A DNA stretch of 64,000 nt from Eledone cirrhosa (lineage: Eukaryota): the NCBI GenBank assembly GCA_964016885.1, contig OZ024747.1, positions 88,164,001 to 88,228,000 on the forward strand, in the 5' to 3' direction. The notes under the pieces are model-generated. The model made no database searches. It was not told the origin of the DNA and was given only the letters and a program-made list of their open reading frames with translations. This document shows, one piece after another, positions 25,221 to 39,366 of this stretch. The first letter of the stretch is position 1; every line of letters starts with the position of its first letter. A program made the position numbers and the translations under genes.

Positions 25221-25334
25221 ATTCAAAAAGGTAAATACCATGGAGTTATTGACATTGGATTATCAGTACTCTGTTTTAAAAGATGCCAGCGTAGGATAGA
25301 TATAGATGCAGAAGAATTGGTACATCATGTAAAA
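25221..25334 (+). CDS. OSBPL6: OSBPL3/6/7-family exon (PH domain)
   Basis: tttcag| ... |gtaagt; IQKGKYHGVIDIGLSVLCFKRCQRRIDIDAEELVHHVK matches ORP3/6 HGxIDVGLSV...IDLDTEE..YHLK. Confidence 0.93.
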
Positions 25335-26318
25335 GTAAGTATCACCTGAGATGTTTGTCTAAGTAGTACTATATTTTCACTAAACCCACTCCAAGCTATA
25401 ATTATATTACCAAAGTTCTAGAACTTACCTTCTGCTTCACTTGCAGTGAACTATTCACATGATCTACATTCCTCATTACTTGGTTGATCTCCCTACCAGC
25501 TTTTTCCTAATATTTTTTAATCCCCAATATATCTTACAGTAATCTATAATAATAAATTTTAAAACACTGTCATAGTCTACATACTATCAACACACGCACA
25601 CACGCATGCACACACACACACACACTCTCTCTCTCTAAACCCTTTTGAAAGCAATCTGTCTGAAACCATACTTGGTTCTACAATACTAAGCTATTTATTT
25701 TAAAATGTTTCAATTTATCTGAAACCGTCTCATCATAATTTTATGTAATAAACTTTAAGTAAGAATACATGATATTAAATATACAGTTAATGTGTTGTGG
25801 TAAATAAATATATACATATATACCATAATAAATATATACACATATACACATATATTATTAAGCATCAGCTTCATAATGCCAACATTAGTTTTATTATTAA
25901 ATCCTTTCAAATTTGTTATTTTCAAAATGATTAGAAAATTATAGTCAGGTCATTCATTAGAAATATATTAATGAAAGGGTTAATAGCCACATAGATTTCT
26001 AGTTCTCTGATGGCTTGTCAGCAGAGAATTTGTATCTTGCCCCACATACAAATCACACATGCACACACTCTAAAATACCTGATATATTAACAGCTACATA
26101 GGGTTCAAATTCTCTGATGTGTTGCCAACCACAACTATTAAATTCCAAGGAAGTTGAACTGTTGGTCTCTAACAGAGTTCACTTTGTTTATTTTTACTGT
26201 AGCCATAAGCTGAATAGCAAAAATAGCAAAGCTCTAATTATAAAGCTTCAGTTTACCTAGCTAACTACTCTACAGCTTTTGAACTGTGTACGCAGCATGT
26301 ATAGACTGAACTATTTAA

Positions 26319-26495
26319 CCCTTTAGCATTTACATTACTCTATATTTACTATTGTATTTTCACGCTAAAGGCTTTATCACACATAATTATCTTACATAAT
26401 ATCTAATCTATGAGATTTTGATATTAGTTATTTTGAGAACAATATCTTAATGTCAGTATGACCAGCCATTTATGGCTGATTTAAATGCTAAAGGG
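26319..26495. mobile_element. piggyBac-like MITE family A copy, opposite orientation, internally deleted
   Basis: TTAA|CCCTTTAGCATTTA...TAAATGCTAAAGGG|TTAA perfect terminal inverted repeats with TTAA target duplication. Confidence 0.8.
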
Positions 26496-26877
26496 TTAAG
26501 GGGTAATATCTAATGTGTATTCATTTGCAACAGAAAACCTAAGAGGCCAACTTGCCTTTTTGCTGCTATTTATCAGTCTATATTTATTTTATATATATTC
26601 TAATCAGTATTAGATTTACATATGGTCCTAGTGGGCTTCAACCCAGGGCTTCATAGTTCATTATAAATATATACTAAAATAAAGCTATGAAACACAACAT
26701 TTCTTTTGTCAAAATTTAGTATATTATAGTTGTTATTGAATACATTTTTTTCTTTAGGTGTCACTTCTGTTTTAGAGGTCCACATTGATCAATGCTGGAA
26801 TCTCCACTTTATTCTATGTAGGCCTATGTACATGTACTTTAAATTTTCATTGAGTTTATTGTGAGCTGGTGTTGAAG

Positions 26878-27032
26878 ATCCTAAACGCTCTCTCCCCCAA
26901 GGTCCCTAGTTGCTTTAATCCATCCTAAATATTCTCTCCCCCAGGGTCCCTAGTTGCTTTAATCCATCCTAAATATTCTTTCCCCCAGGATCCCTAGTTG
27001 CTTTAATCCATCCTAAATATTCTCTCCCCCAG
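26878..27032 (+). repeat. Minisatellite, about 3.5 x 44 bp
   Basis: Unit CCCTAGTTGCTTTAATCCATCCTAAATATTCTCTCCCCCAGGGT starts at 26904, 26948 and 26992. Confidence 0.9.
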
Positions 27033-27763
27033 CCCTGATTGCAATTGGTGAACAACTTAATTGGTTGCTGGTTTCCCACTGAATTTTTGGTGGTGAGAAT
27101 GACAAGGGAATATCTGTAACAAATATTAGTTCAGAACAAATATTACAAGGGACTTTGTTAAGTTGAAGTTTTCTGGTTTCCTTGCTGATATTTGCATCCT
27201 ACATTGTTATATATTGAAAGACAGGCACACATATACACACAATAGTCTTCTGCACAGTTTTTATCTATGAAATTCCAGTCCCAAGGTATTTGTCAACCTG
27301 TGGCTATTGCAGTTGACACTTACCCAAGGTGCCACACAGTAAGATTGAACCTAGAGCCTCTAGATGGTATAGCGAATTTCCCTTTACTGCACAGACAATC
27401 ACAAGTTTCTTTTATCATTACATTATCTCTATTCCATTTGAGGATATGGAAATTCAATAACTGCCATAGCCTAGGGATTATAATTATATAATTCCTGTCT
27501 GTATAGTATTGTATAGCAACACTTCCAGAGGGTATGTGTATGTGTGTGCACCTTTCTTGTGATGCATCACCTTTTCATTTAATACATACAACACGTATCA
27601 AGTTGCTTATACTTGAATGTTTCCTCCAACCCTCTATTGTACTTATATTAAACTGACAAACAAAATATATTGTTAGTGTAATATAGATTGATTTATATCA
27701 ATCTCACTCATACCTAGCATTATTCATATAATTTACAATATTATAGTTGATAGTGTATTTTAA

Positions 27764-27984
27764 CCCTTTAGCATTTAAACTGGCCGTATCTGGCCAGAGT
27801 TCTCTCACCACTTTCTTTTCAATTTGGCTGTCACTGGCCACTCATGCTGATGTAAGGTATTGTTCTCAAAATGAATAATATCAAAATCTCATAGATTTGA
27901 TATTATGTGACATAATTATGTAAAGTAAAGCCTTTACCATGAAAATATAGTAGTAAATATAGAGTAATGTAAATGACAAAAGGG
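27764..27984. mobile_element. piggyBac-like MITE family A, full copy
   Basis: TTAA|CCCTTTAGCATTT...AAAGGG|TTAA. Confidence 0.8.
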
Positions 27985-29263
27985 TTAAACAATTAAAAGA
28001 TTTTACATTTAACAAATTTGTTTGATATTAATTTAAAATGAACATTGCTTGAAATGTACTTAAGAGTGCATACTCAAAAATGATTTACTCCAATTTTCAA
28101 AATCTATCCTTGATAGTTGGTAATGACTAGATTCCTTACTACTTCTTTTGTTTTATTATTAAAGTTTCATCTGTAGCATTTTATTGTTATCACATGGTAT
28201 AGATATTGACTTGGAATTTTCTTCTTCAAATTGAACAAGATTTTGTGGGTCAAAAGACGCTACTAAAAGGTGTGCCATCTTGTTAGCTATGTCTGATTCT
28301 GCATTTAGTTCTGTGAAGGGTCTAAAGTTGAGGAATTATATCTACCATGTTTGTATACTGTTTTCCATACAGTTGGTATGCCCTAATCTAGTTCAGTAAA
28401 GTGTACCAAATGACTTCCCACATCACCATTTGATCACACTGTATGCCATCATTCCAGTTCAACAAAAATTATATCATGTTGCTAACTTGTTTTCACCAGT
28501 AACCAGGTTTTAAGCTATTATTTTAATGTATTCGCCTTAGCTTGAACACAATATTTATTTGATTTCAAAGAAATTTTCATTGGTCAGTCTTGTTGCTACC
28601 ATGTTACTAGTGTTGTCCTTTCCAAAGCTTCTTATTCCTGTTTATCGCTTATTGGTAACTCCTTGGTCATACCTTATTGATTCTTGCCTAGAAAAAACAC
28701 TGGAGTCCAAGGAAACCATTGTCGGTCTCTTTAGGTAAAAATGAGTTAGGAGAATTCACATCTCATGACATATAATGATGGTGAGGATGATATGAACATA
28801 TTAGATTTTGTGAATTTTACCAGGTTTCCCTGTTGGCTTTTCCTGCAGAAATAAGATTTAAAATCTGGTCTCTGTCATATAGCATAGTTGCTTCTGAAAA
28901 ATAGTAAAATATGGGTTTGATTCAGTGCAAATAATAATGTATGAAATTCAGGATTAAATTAATGAATTGAATCAACATTTTTAATTCTTATTTTATTTAA
29001 TGCCTGATGGGAGCAAAATTTTCCCCCATTTACAGGAAGTTCTTTCGAGTTTAAGACTTTCCCAGGATGGCCTCAGCCGGATGGTTGGAACAGGTAAAAG
29101 AGTAAATAAATTACCTTTAACCCATCTGTTACCATATTTAGAAGAATTTAGTAAAATAACTAAGTTTTTCAAAACTAAACTGGTGTTTCAAACATAACTT
29201 GAGGTTTTTAAATAGAGTTTAATATGTTATAGTTCTTATGTGCTATTACTTGTATTTTTGGTG

Positions 29264-29462
29264 ATTTAAACCGGTCGTATCCGGCCAGAATTCTCTCACC
29301 TCTTTCTTTTCAAAACGGCTGTAACTGGCTGCTCATACTGATGTTAAGGTATTGTTCTGAAAATAAATAATATCAAAATCCTATAGATTCGATATTATGT
29401 GAGATACAGCCTTTATTGTGAAAATACAATACTAAATATAGAGTAATGTAAATGCAAAAGGG
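29264..29462. mobile_element. piggyBac-like MITE family A copy, left end lost
   Basis: Internal match to family A; ends AAAAGGG|TTAA. Confidence 0.7.
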
Positions 29463-31375
29463 TTAAACAATAAACTTTTACATCCTTCAATCCTAAACCT
29501 ATAATTATTTCCCATCACACAATATATTTTTACTCTAATGCTTCTGTGTTGGAATTTCATTTTACTATAATCATTCACTAAAGGTTAACTTGTACAATGT
29601 TCAGATTAATGTACAAAGACTTTTGTTGTTGTTGTTTTGGTAAACCTAATCAACTAAACTTTATATGCTGCTTCTTTTTTTAATTACTTATGTGTATATA
29701 GTACAGTTAGTCAATAAACTGTACTAATACCTTTATAAGATTACACATCGATGAACTCTTTCCATGATATAAATAAATGAATTAAAAATAAATCATACCT
29801 TTTATTCTTACTGTATTACATATGCAATTGGATTAATTCATAATTTAAGGATAATACAATGGTGTATTTTATTCGTCATGTTGAATTATTTTTATGATTG
29901 AGATGTTTAGTATACTCGTTTTTGTTTTTTGTCTAGATATCTATTTGTTTAAATCTTGTTTTAGTTATTATTTAGAAAAAACAAAACAAAACACCAGACA
30001 ATCACTCAATCATTTATGACAAATATGACGTCTGCAAAACAATATTTACCATTGATCTCATAAACATCACACATAAAAAAAATATAGCCCAGGGATTCTG
30101 AAAATAGAGGCACTTAGCTCTTGGGAAAATAATTTCAAATTCTAGGGGAGGAATTTTAATGAAGGGAAGAATTGGGGAGGAATGATAGTCAGAGGAAGAA
30201 TCAAAACTATAAAAGAATAGTGTACATTGTGCATATATCAAAGGGAATAACAATATAACCAGCTATAAGGGCGATAATGAATTAACAGTTCATAAAAAAC
30301 TGTTGCTTCAGACATGATCCTATTGAGGTTTAAAAAGCTTACTCATGTTAAATTGGTGCTCAAGTAAAAAAAAAAATATGTGTAGACAATTCTATATGGG
30401 AGAGAAACCTGGAATTGCAAGAGGAAGAACGTAACCTGGGTTTCTGAGAACTACTGATTTAACCAAAGAAAACTTTGTAAACAGTTTCTCTTAATATTAA
30501 CAAAGCTTTAACCTTTTTATTACCATATCTCTAATGAAACACACTGACAATGAATTTCACTTAATTTTGAAAATATTAAAAATGTGGAGAAAACAAAATG
30601 TTCTAATATATAATTATGCTGGAAGGTTTAATACAGGTATGAACTCTTTAAAATGGACAGTTTTGTATCATAGAATATAGGTTAGTTTCAAGCAGGTTGT
30701 TATCGAAAGAGTTAATAATGTTGAGCTTAGGGATTTCCATAAACAATTTTTTTCTTATGTGGGCACTTCTCATAATTTCTTTTCCTGAGGTTAATGTAGT
30801 TAATATTGTTGAGATATTTAAATTCTTCACATATCAACAAATGCAAAATTTTGGACCCCTGGAGTCACTGGGTATTTTAAGTCTTATAGCATTTACCCCC
30901 ATCCAAATCACCCAATCAAAGGTGATCCAACCTCAAACTATATCCAAGTGGCATACATACTACTGATCACCTCCAGTCACTTCTTTTCAGTCGTAGCCAT
31001 CTGGATGCCCTTTCTACTGCTTCCACATTGTTTTCAATGGCTCTCATTTAGCTTTCCCCCTAAAATACTATGTATAAACATAATTTTAAAAAAAAATATA
31101 ATAATTTCTAACATGGATTGAACATATAATCTCCTGATAACTAAGACATCACAAATATTGTTTTTTCTTTCTTTTTTTCGTTATGTATTTTTTAGTCTGC
31201 AAATTGTCTACAAATTCTAGAAATTTGCATCAAGAATCCTTCACTTTGGATATATCCAGGACCCACTACTTTCCTCATAAAGTTATGCATTAAAAGATGT
31301 CTAATCTTCTGTATGAAAATCTATGTTTAATATATAACTAGTTATAACACTTCTGGTTTTTTTTTATTATGCCAG

Positions 31376-31526
31376 GTGAAAGACCCCCAGCTATTTGAAG
31401 AATGGCTCTCAAAGTTAACGCATCACAGACTATATCGCCAACATGAAATTACTTATGGGACTAAAGATCAACCTAGGTTGACTGAATTAGCTTCTCCAAC
31501 TGAAGAAATAGCACCACTTCCTACAA
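31376..31526 (+). CDS. OSBPL6: OSBPL3/6/7-family exon (PH C-terminal helix and linker)
   Basis: gccag| acceptor; VKDPQLFEEWLSKLTHHRLYRQHEI matches ORP3/6 FDEWVSKLRHHRxYRQNEI; donor |gtaaag at phase 1, compatible with the next exon. Confidence 0.9.
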
Positions 31527-32419
31527 GTAAAGAAACTATTCCTAAAATCGTTTTTCTTTATTTTGATAACTATTCATTAATGCTACTTTTACGAGTTTTT
31601 TTTTATTGGAACACGGACGTTAAACGTTGATGATGATATATACATATAAAAATGAGAAAATTCATCACTAGAAGAGCTGTTAAAACAGCTAAATGTTGTC
31701 AAAGACAGCAATTTGCAAAAATTCCTCACAGGACAAAGACCAGCGGCCAGTAGAGAGACAATCCACAATTGTTTTAACAGCTGTTCTAGCAATGAGTTTT
31801 CTCATTTTTATATGTATTCAAATACACTCTCGCTTCGTCTTGATCAGAGATAACATTGTTTTTTCATTTATTTTTTAAAAAATTTGCTTCCAATATATTA
31901 CATCTTTTTGTACTAAACATTTTGCCAATCTGCTTGTAATATGGTTAAAAAATTCAATCATAGCATCTTGCAATGATTTAGCAGAAAATATCTAAAAATG
32001 GGTTTTTTAAATTTAAATGATTTTAGTATCTTTATTAGTGAACAGGGCATTGCAACACTTTGAAGTATAAGAGTAGAGAGTTTAATTTTTAATGTAGATC
32101 TGCCAGCCTCTAAAAACCCAAACAGGGAGTACCAAGAAAAAAAGTGCCCCAAAATAGGGAAAAATGAGGCAAAATGGGGAAGACTTCTCTCACGCACCCT
32201 AAATTGGGTGGGAGATCTCCTCATCCGACGGGGAGAGTCGACAGGTCTGTCTAATGTGATGCAGTGATAGTGCTGATTTTTTTTTAAAGAATGTCTTGAT
32301 TATTTGTAACACTTTATATATAACTCATCAAACTCCAAAGCACAGGAAGTAGATTAATTCGCAATTTCATCAGTCACAAAATTGCTGAAGGCTATCCCAC
32401 TGAATTATTGATTATTTGA

Positions 32420-32895
32420 TGATTTCAAATAAAGTGTTTTGGCAGACCATCCACCAACTTCGTAATAAAAAGCCTTCCTCCACACCTGGTATCAAGAACG
32501 TGTCTGGGGTTCTCCTCTCTTCAGAGAGGTGCATCCTCGTGAGGCAGAGAGAATATTTTGCTGATCTCTTAAATCTGATCACAATAGCATCTTTGGATGT
32601 ACACAAGGTGCATCTGGGAGTGGTGATTAATATCTGAGGCTGGAGTTACAAAAACAGTTAAAGAGCTCAAATGTGGTAAGGCTGCTGGGGAAGATGAAAT
32701 CCGGCCTGATATGTTAAAAGCCTTAAATAGAAAAGGTATTCTCTGGTTGACTCATGTGTATGGTGGCCTGGATCTTTGGAAAGGCATCTAAGCAATGGCA
32801 CTCACAAGTAATAATCCCAGTTTTCAAAAAGGGAGTCAAGAGGGATTGTTCCAATTACAGAGAGATCTCCTTGCTAAGTATCCCTGGTAAAGTTT
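32420..32895 (+). mobile_element. RTE LINE fragment (pre-RT and RT N-terminus), second RTE family
   Basis: KVFWQTI...EYFADLLN...LKCGKAAGEDEIRPDMLK...IIPVFKKG..RDCSNYREISLLSIPGKV. Confidence 0.85.
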
Positions 32896-33752
32896 TGTTA
32901 TTTAAATAGACCATATGGTTAAACCTCAGTGTTCTCTCTTCAAGACAGACTCATGAACAGCCTGACTAATTTTGACTGGTTATTGTCATTTATCAGGAGT
33001 TGGTGTTCATCCTATAGAAAGTATTTTACAGCTTATTTACAAAGAGTACGATGTGTAAAACATTAATGTTATTCATTCATATATCAGTACATTAACTAGC
33101 ACTGTTTGCTAAATGTTAGTCATTGCATTCTTTATCAGGAAGCTGATTGCTCTCTCTGTAGGACAAACATCTGTAGACATTTCGGATAAGATAGCAATAA
33201 CCAGTTAAAACTGTTCTTTTGTTGTTGTGTAAATCAACCCTGTGGTGTTACCACAAGGCTAATTTACACTGCAAAGACGAATGTACAGCTATTAAGCATA
33301 TGAATTCATTTATTCCTTTACTAGTTTCAGTAATTAGACAGTGGTCATGTTTCTCAGCAACGTCAAGCATTTTAGTTGATCATATTAACTCCAGTACTTA
33401 TTTCTTCATGTCTGGTACTTATTAAATCTCTTTGTTAAATTGTTAAGTTGTGGGATATAAACATTAAACATACACACACTCATATATATCAAGATATCAT
33501 ATGAAAGGCTTCTGCACAGTTTCCATCAACCAAATTTCACCCACAAGTCATTAGTCAGCCCAAGGCTATAGTAGAAGGCACCCAAGGTACCATGCAGTAA
33601 ATTTGAGCCTGAAACCATGTGGTTGAAATCAACTCCTTAACCACACAGCCATGCCTGCACCTATGTGAACTTATTCACAATTCATGCACACACTGCTCTT
33701 ACTTTACTTTAGTTATCTTATAAACATTTGTTAAATATTAATTTTATTACAG

Positions 33753-33914
33753 GTGCAAATTTACCTGAAAAAGCACGTACTCTCAGTATGGGGAAAGAAA
33801 GTGTACGGCAAGCAAGTTTAAAAGGCCGGCCAAATCAAGCTACCCTATTAACTGGGTGTAGTAAAGTAGCTGCCTGGCTATTAGATTCAGAAGGAATTCA
33901 CCAGTGCAATAAAG
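33753..33914 (+). CDS. OSBPL6: OSBPL3/6/7-family exon (linker, KVAAWL motif)
   Basis: ttacag| ... |gtaaac, phase 1-1; SANLPEK...SKVAAWLLDSEGIHQCNK resembles ORP6 KVAAWLQDSEEMDRC. Confidence 0.88.
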
Positions 33915-33957
33915 GTAAACCATAAAAATCAATTCCTGAAAGGATCTGAAGTGTTTC

Positions 33958-34197
33958 TTAACTCTTTTGTTACCATATTTCTAATGAAAAACACTGCCTA
34001 TAATTTTCAAATCATTTTGAAAATAATCAAGAATTTAGAGGTATTTAGTAATATAACTAAATTTCTCATTATTAAGGTGGTTCTTGCATTAAACAAAATT
34101 ATGGAAGGTTTTTAGATAAATATAAACATTTAAAAATAAACAGTTTTGTATTGTAGAACCTGGGATGGTTCCAGGGGGTTTGGTATCAAAAGGGTTG
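33958..34197. mobile_element. piggyBac-like MITE family B, representative copy (relatives near 3010-3260, 11560-11690, 20950-21495, 25637-25982, 30508-30640, 52365-52440, 57150-57260, 58820-58925)
   Basis: TTAAC(C/T)CTTTTG...CAAAAGGGTT termini; shared core CCATATTTCTAATGAAA...GAAAATAATCAAGAATTTAG. Confidence 0.6.
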
Positions 34198-34590
34198 AGT
34201 TTTTAGTTTCTTACAATGAAAGGATTCTTGCATTAAAAAAATAAATTGAAAAAGTTCTGTTTATTTTATACAGACCGAAATTAATGATTGATTTTTTAGT
34301 TAGTAATTCTTTGTAGAAAACAGTTTTTAAAAAGGCCATGATTTAATTGTAAAATCTATATTTGTTACAGATAATTATAAAATAAACATTTCTCTGGAAT
34401 TTGTTTTTATTATTATAAATGCTTGCAAGAGTCTCTAAATGTCAGTATGACAGAAATACCTAGGTTTATTTATTTAGAGGCTACCACTAAATCTTTTTTT
34501 TATCTATTTCTTTTTTTTATCTCTTATCTAAAGATTTTTGTCTTATTGATTTTCCTCATATTATAGCATTAAAAAAAAATCTGTTTTCAG

Positions 34591-34682
34591 AAATGAGCCA
34601 AGCACAAAATCATTTATATGAATTAAAAATTATTCTGGAAAAGATGAAAAACCTTCCTTTGGCCACAGATTCGGTGCTTGGG
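34591..34682 (+). CDS. OSBPL6: OSBPL3/6/7-family exon (helical/coiled-coil segment)
   Basis: ttttcag| ... |gtaggt, phase 1-0; EMSQAQNHLYELKIILEKMKNLPLATDSVLG resembles the LxELxxLL helix of ORP3/6. Confidence 0.85.
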
Positions 34683-34999
34683 GTAGGTTGTTATATTTTC
34701 TATGTGTTTATTCTTTTAATTCTCAAATTGGTAACACTGATGGATATTTTATTTTCAGATAGTGACATTTATGATGTTTATAAAATGTCTGAGAATTTTG
34801 AAAAATTTCTTCTTTTCAGTTAAAAATATTACATTCATTATAATAATTTAAAACAAAAACAAATGCCAATTTTAAATAACTTTTGAAACTACTTGTATGT
34901 ATGTGCTATCTTAAAAATAGCAGAATTGGTAGTGACAGTGGCCTTTTGTTTATGTGGATTATGTAGTGTGTTTATATATTATGATAATCTGTGTTCCGA

Positions 35000-35710
35000 A
35001 TAATAATGACCCACTTGCTCTTACTGACACCAAAAAGAAAGAACCAAGACAGTACTATTATGAGGGACTGTTGAATGTGGAGAATGCATAAGAGAGAGGT
35101 TCTGCCCCAAATAGGAGAGGCTCTGCCCCAAATAGACCCAACAGAAGGACCAACCATTAAAGTTGACTGCAGTATGGTCCTCCGCTCATTTAAGGATATG
35201 AAGACAGGGAAGTCAGCTCGTCCATCTGGAATAATGAGTTGCTTAAACCATATAGTGGAATTGTACATTTGTTAGTCACTTGTATAGTCAATTAGGTAAT
35301 AGAGGGAGGTGCCATACTCACTACATGTGATATAGTAAACTTGGTATATAACACATGTAGATTTGAAATAATTTTGATGTTACTAGCATGAACATGCTAT
35401 CTTTAAAATTGTATCTTTGGCAGTGATGTTAGCTACATGGACAAAGGTAATGAACTTGTAAGATGCAACTACAGATACAGCAGATTAATAGACCTGGTTA
35501 TAAAAGTTGTGGAAAGAGTTATAACAAAACTAATTGGGGAAGAATTAGCCTAGATGAAATGTACTATTGATGCCATCTTTCTAGTGAGATAACTGTAGGA
35601 GTACTTAGTTAAAAATAAGCTCCTTATACTTAGTATTTGTTGATCTGGAAAAGGTGTTTGACACAATCCCATGCCCTATGATCTGGTGGTCACTTAGGAA
35701 GCTAAGTGAC
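35000..35710 (+). mobile_element. Decayed RTE RT fragment
   Basis: MKTGKSARPSGI...DAIFLVR...FVDLEKVFD...IWWSLRKL motifs with many lesions. Confidence 0.65.
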
Positions 35711-36990
35711 TTGTTAGTATGTGTTTTGTTTACATGCATTGTATGGTGTTTGATTTCTGTCAAGAGTTACTGTATTTATATGACTATCTACCCAGTTTGG
35801 GCTCTGCACTGACTCCCTTTCTTTTGTACAACAGTACAAAAAAAAAAGGAAATTAGAACAGAACATTTTAGAGGTTGAAAAATACTTTAAAAAACAACAA
35901 AATCTTAGAGTTCAAATAAAACTTGGACAAAATAAATGATTCTGTGAATTACCAAATAACATTTACAGATTTGCAAGGAATCATTTCAGGATATTTTAAA
36001 ATACTTTTGATGGAAGAATTATAATTATAAGATTTTGTTTTATTTTCAGTTTTTATTAGGTAACCAATAATTCAATAAAAATATGTTTTCATGCACCAGT
36101 ATTGTAGGTAGAACTTTTAGGTGTTTTATTCTGTTGGTGAAATAATTGATTAGATGTGACTGCATCAATTTTAGTATTAAAAACAAATATATTTTTAAAG
36201 GCTCTTGCCATTATGTTGAAAAGATTTATAAGAACTATGCTGCAAAATTATGGAGAACAAAATATATATTCTTTTAATGTATTTTTGGACACTTACGATT
36301 TTACATCTATTGACATAAAGTGTAAATTAGAGTTAAAGATGTTGATAACAGTTCCCATTTATAATTAACAAAACAGTTTAATGTCTAGTTGTCGTGGCAG
36401 ATGTTTTATAGTTTAACTTTAAATGCAATTTATCTTTAGGAATTTAAATTTTTAGCATCAGTCTTTCTTGATTATCCAGAAGCATTTTAATGCCATTTTC
36501 CCTACTAAATCAGGAGGTAGCCTTGCAGGCCCCATGACAAGCTTCATGCTCATTATGGGATCCTTTCTAAAGCAATGTTTTATGGTCAACTGCCCTTTTT
36601 GGATCCAACTCTTTTAATCAGTTCTTTTTACTATCTCTCAGACAATCCCTTCCACAATTTTCAATCAAGACAAAGTAGCTGGTCAACAAACTGGATTAAA
36701 TATGCTCAGAGTGTATAACATAGTCTTTGATTAGCCTCATATATTTATTATGATGTAGTTACTAGTTACACCCAAGAATGTGATCAATTAACATAGGGGT
36801 TCTCAAACATTTTGGTATCACTGTTCACTTTCACATGAAAATCTTTTCCACTGCTTATCTGTGGTAAATATTGAAAAATATAAAGATACCAACAAAATGT
36901 TCACTCTTACAAAATAATAAAAATGTACAGCTTTTATCACTGCAAGATTCTATGATGAATGCAATGTAAAAAGTAATAATGTCAAATGTT

Positions 36991-37026
<36 letters not shown>

Positions 37027-37751
37027 ACACACACTGTTTTTAGATATCACCAATGCAATCTCTGTGGTTGGTGTGATGCAGCAGCTAGTGCAGATATATT
37101 GGTTTTAAAATTATTCATATTTAACTACAAGTTGGCTATATCCAGGATATTCTTACTTTCAGGCAAGGTACTGGCATGGCTGAAATCAAAATCATCAAAA
37201 GCCTATACTGCCCACCAAAATTTTCTGCATATTTGCAGACCACCCAACTAAGAGTGAGTCATGTCCCTCAAAATGAGGCACACTGAACTAACACCATGTC
37301 ATGGATCAAACCAGAGCTGATTTGGAGTTATATAAATTCTGCACTTTTATATGAGATGTGTTAGATATTTTATATAGCTGCACAATTTTTATATAAGTAA
37401 TAATATATTATATACTGTTGAATTCTTAAGATGTTTTTATGAAAGTAAGACATGTTTCTGTTCTGGTATTATTTAATGTATCAGACCTCCAATTGAGTGT
37501 TTCAGTAAGACCTGTCACTGGCAAGTATATTTTTATGTTTGATTGAAAGGAAATAACTGTCAAGTACACGGGTTAAGTGCAAGAGCATAAAAGTATATGA
37601 GTTTTAGTAACGCACCATGAAGACAAAAGGACTAAAAGCTTCGACTAAGTTAACATTGTTTTGATTGCTGTCTGTCATTGCTTCTTGTTTATGAAATTGG
37701 AAGAGAAACATTGATAAATATTGACTATATGTATATACATATATTTGTGTA

Positions 37752-37800
<49 letters not shown>

Positions 37801-38489
37801 GTATATATATATATATATATATAAATGAATTAGAAGGCAGTATGTTACAATTTCATCATTCTATTTATTACATAATCCTGTATGTATTGAGATGGCATCT
37901 GTTATGTAATAAGCAGACATGATCTCATCAGACAATACATTACTTAGATAATAATTAGTGATATGGTTATCCATTTGATATATCAGTTAGCTAGTATATG
38001 GAATTACCCAGAGATGTATTTCCTTGTTCACATCACTTAGGGTGTAATATTTCATTGGTCTATATTTGCAGGTGGTTCATATTAGCACAATTTTTTTTCC
38101 TTGACCCCTTCAGGATATTCTTTTCTTGATTTATTGTTTTGTTGATTCTCATATGGTACATTTTGTCATTTGCTGGCATCAGGCTAGTGAACTGGGCATT
38201 CATTTCGGTATTTGGTCAGTCTGGTCAGTCATCAAAATAGCAATAAAGATATAGAATAAAACTAAAACTAACAGCAACAACAACAATTATGTCTTTGTAA
38301 ATTCCAGTCCCGGTATTCAGCATCCCCTACAAAGGCAAAAAGGAAACATAACAACTGAGATAGTATAAGGATGGAGATAATGAATTCAAAATTGTGATTA
38401 TTCTGTTAGGATTCCCAGTGATGGTGCTGGAATCTTGCATATGTTCAGTTTACTTGGGGCAAACTATCTTCTTTCCATGCATTCTCCTC

Positions 38490-39110
38490 ATTCAGTAGTC
38501 TTTCATAGTAGCACTTCTATGCTACCTTCTTTTCAGCGCTAGTGAGTGCAAGGACAACATTATAATCTCTGACACACTTCTCTCCATCAACATCACAATT
38601 TTTCCTGACACACTATCTTGCAATCCTGAAAACCTCATGCCTTTGGTCCTTGCATTGCAGAACATGTTTAAATTTCTTATTTTATGCTTCCCTTCTTGCA
38701 AAGTATACCTGTTGTCTAACTTCTCTCCTAGTAGTCTGGTAATGCTCTCTACTTCCCCCATTCTGCCATTCTTTCCATGCCTATCTTTTGGCCTTAATTG
38801 TCTCCGCCACCCTGCTGTTCCACCTCTAACTCTAAGTCCTTCTCCTCCCTAGAGACCTTCTCCAACCACAGATTTCGTTTGTTGCCTTCAGTAGGTTATC
38901 TTTCAGGAATTCCCACTGCGCTTCTATATTGTATGTCTCTATTTGCTCTTCCTTACTGTCAACATCATCAACCAACATACCTCTAAATTTGTTACTCGCT
39001 GTGGGGGCTTTTAACATCCATATTCTTCTCCTCCAGGCTGTTCCCTGTTACCAAGTTGATTTAGCGTTAACTATAAGATCACTAACTACTAGATTATGTT
39101 GGGAGGTGCG
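38490..39110 (-). mobile_element. Decayed RTE fragment (endonuclease-RT linker)
   Basis: QHNLVVSD...QWEFLKDNLLKATNEICGW... on the minus strand. Confidence 0.6.
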
Positions 39111-39366
39111 TTCTTCATCAGGGAAGGACTTAGTGTTTACAAATATATATATATATATATATATATATTCATTAGTTAAGCAAAACAAGACCACAAATTT
39201 CACAAGGAAGACATTATTAAAAGATTGTCAACATAGTTTTAGTTTAATGTAAGGAATGTAGATAATAATAATTGTTTCTACTTTAGGCACAAGGCCAGCA
39301 ATTACCCAGTGCATTACTGGTACTTTACTTTATCAACCCCGATACATGAATATATATATATACATA

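Noticed and set aside
31828-31853. Minus-strand CTGATCA-AGAC-GAAG motif
   Set aside because: Both core boxes deviate and there is no stem II.
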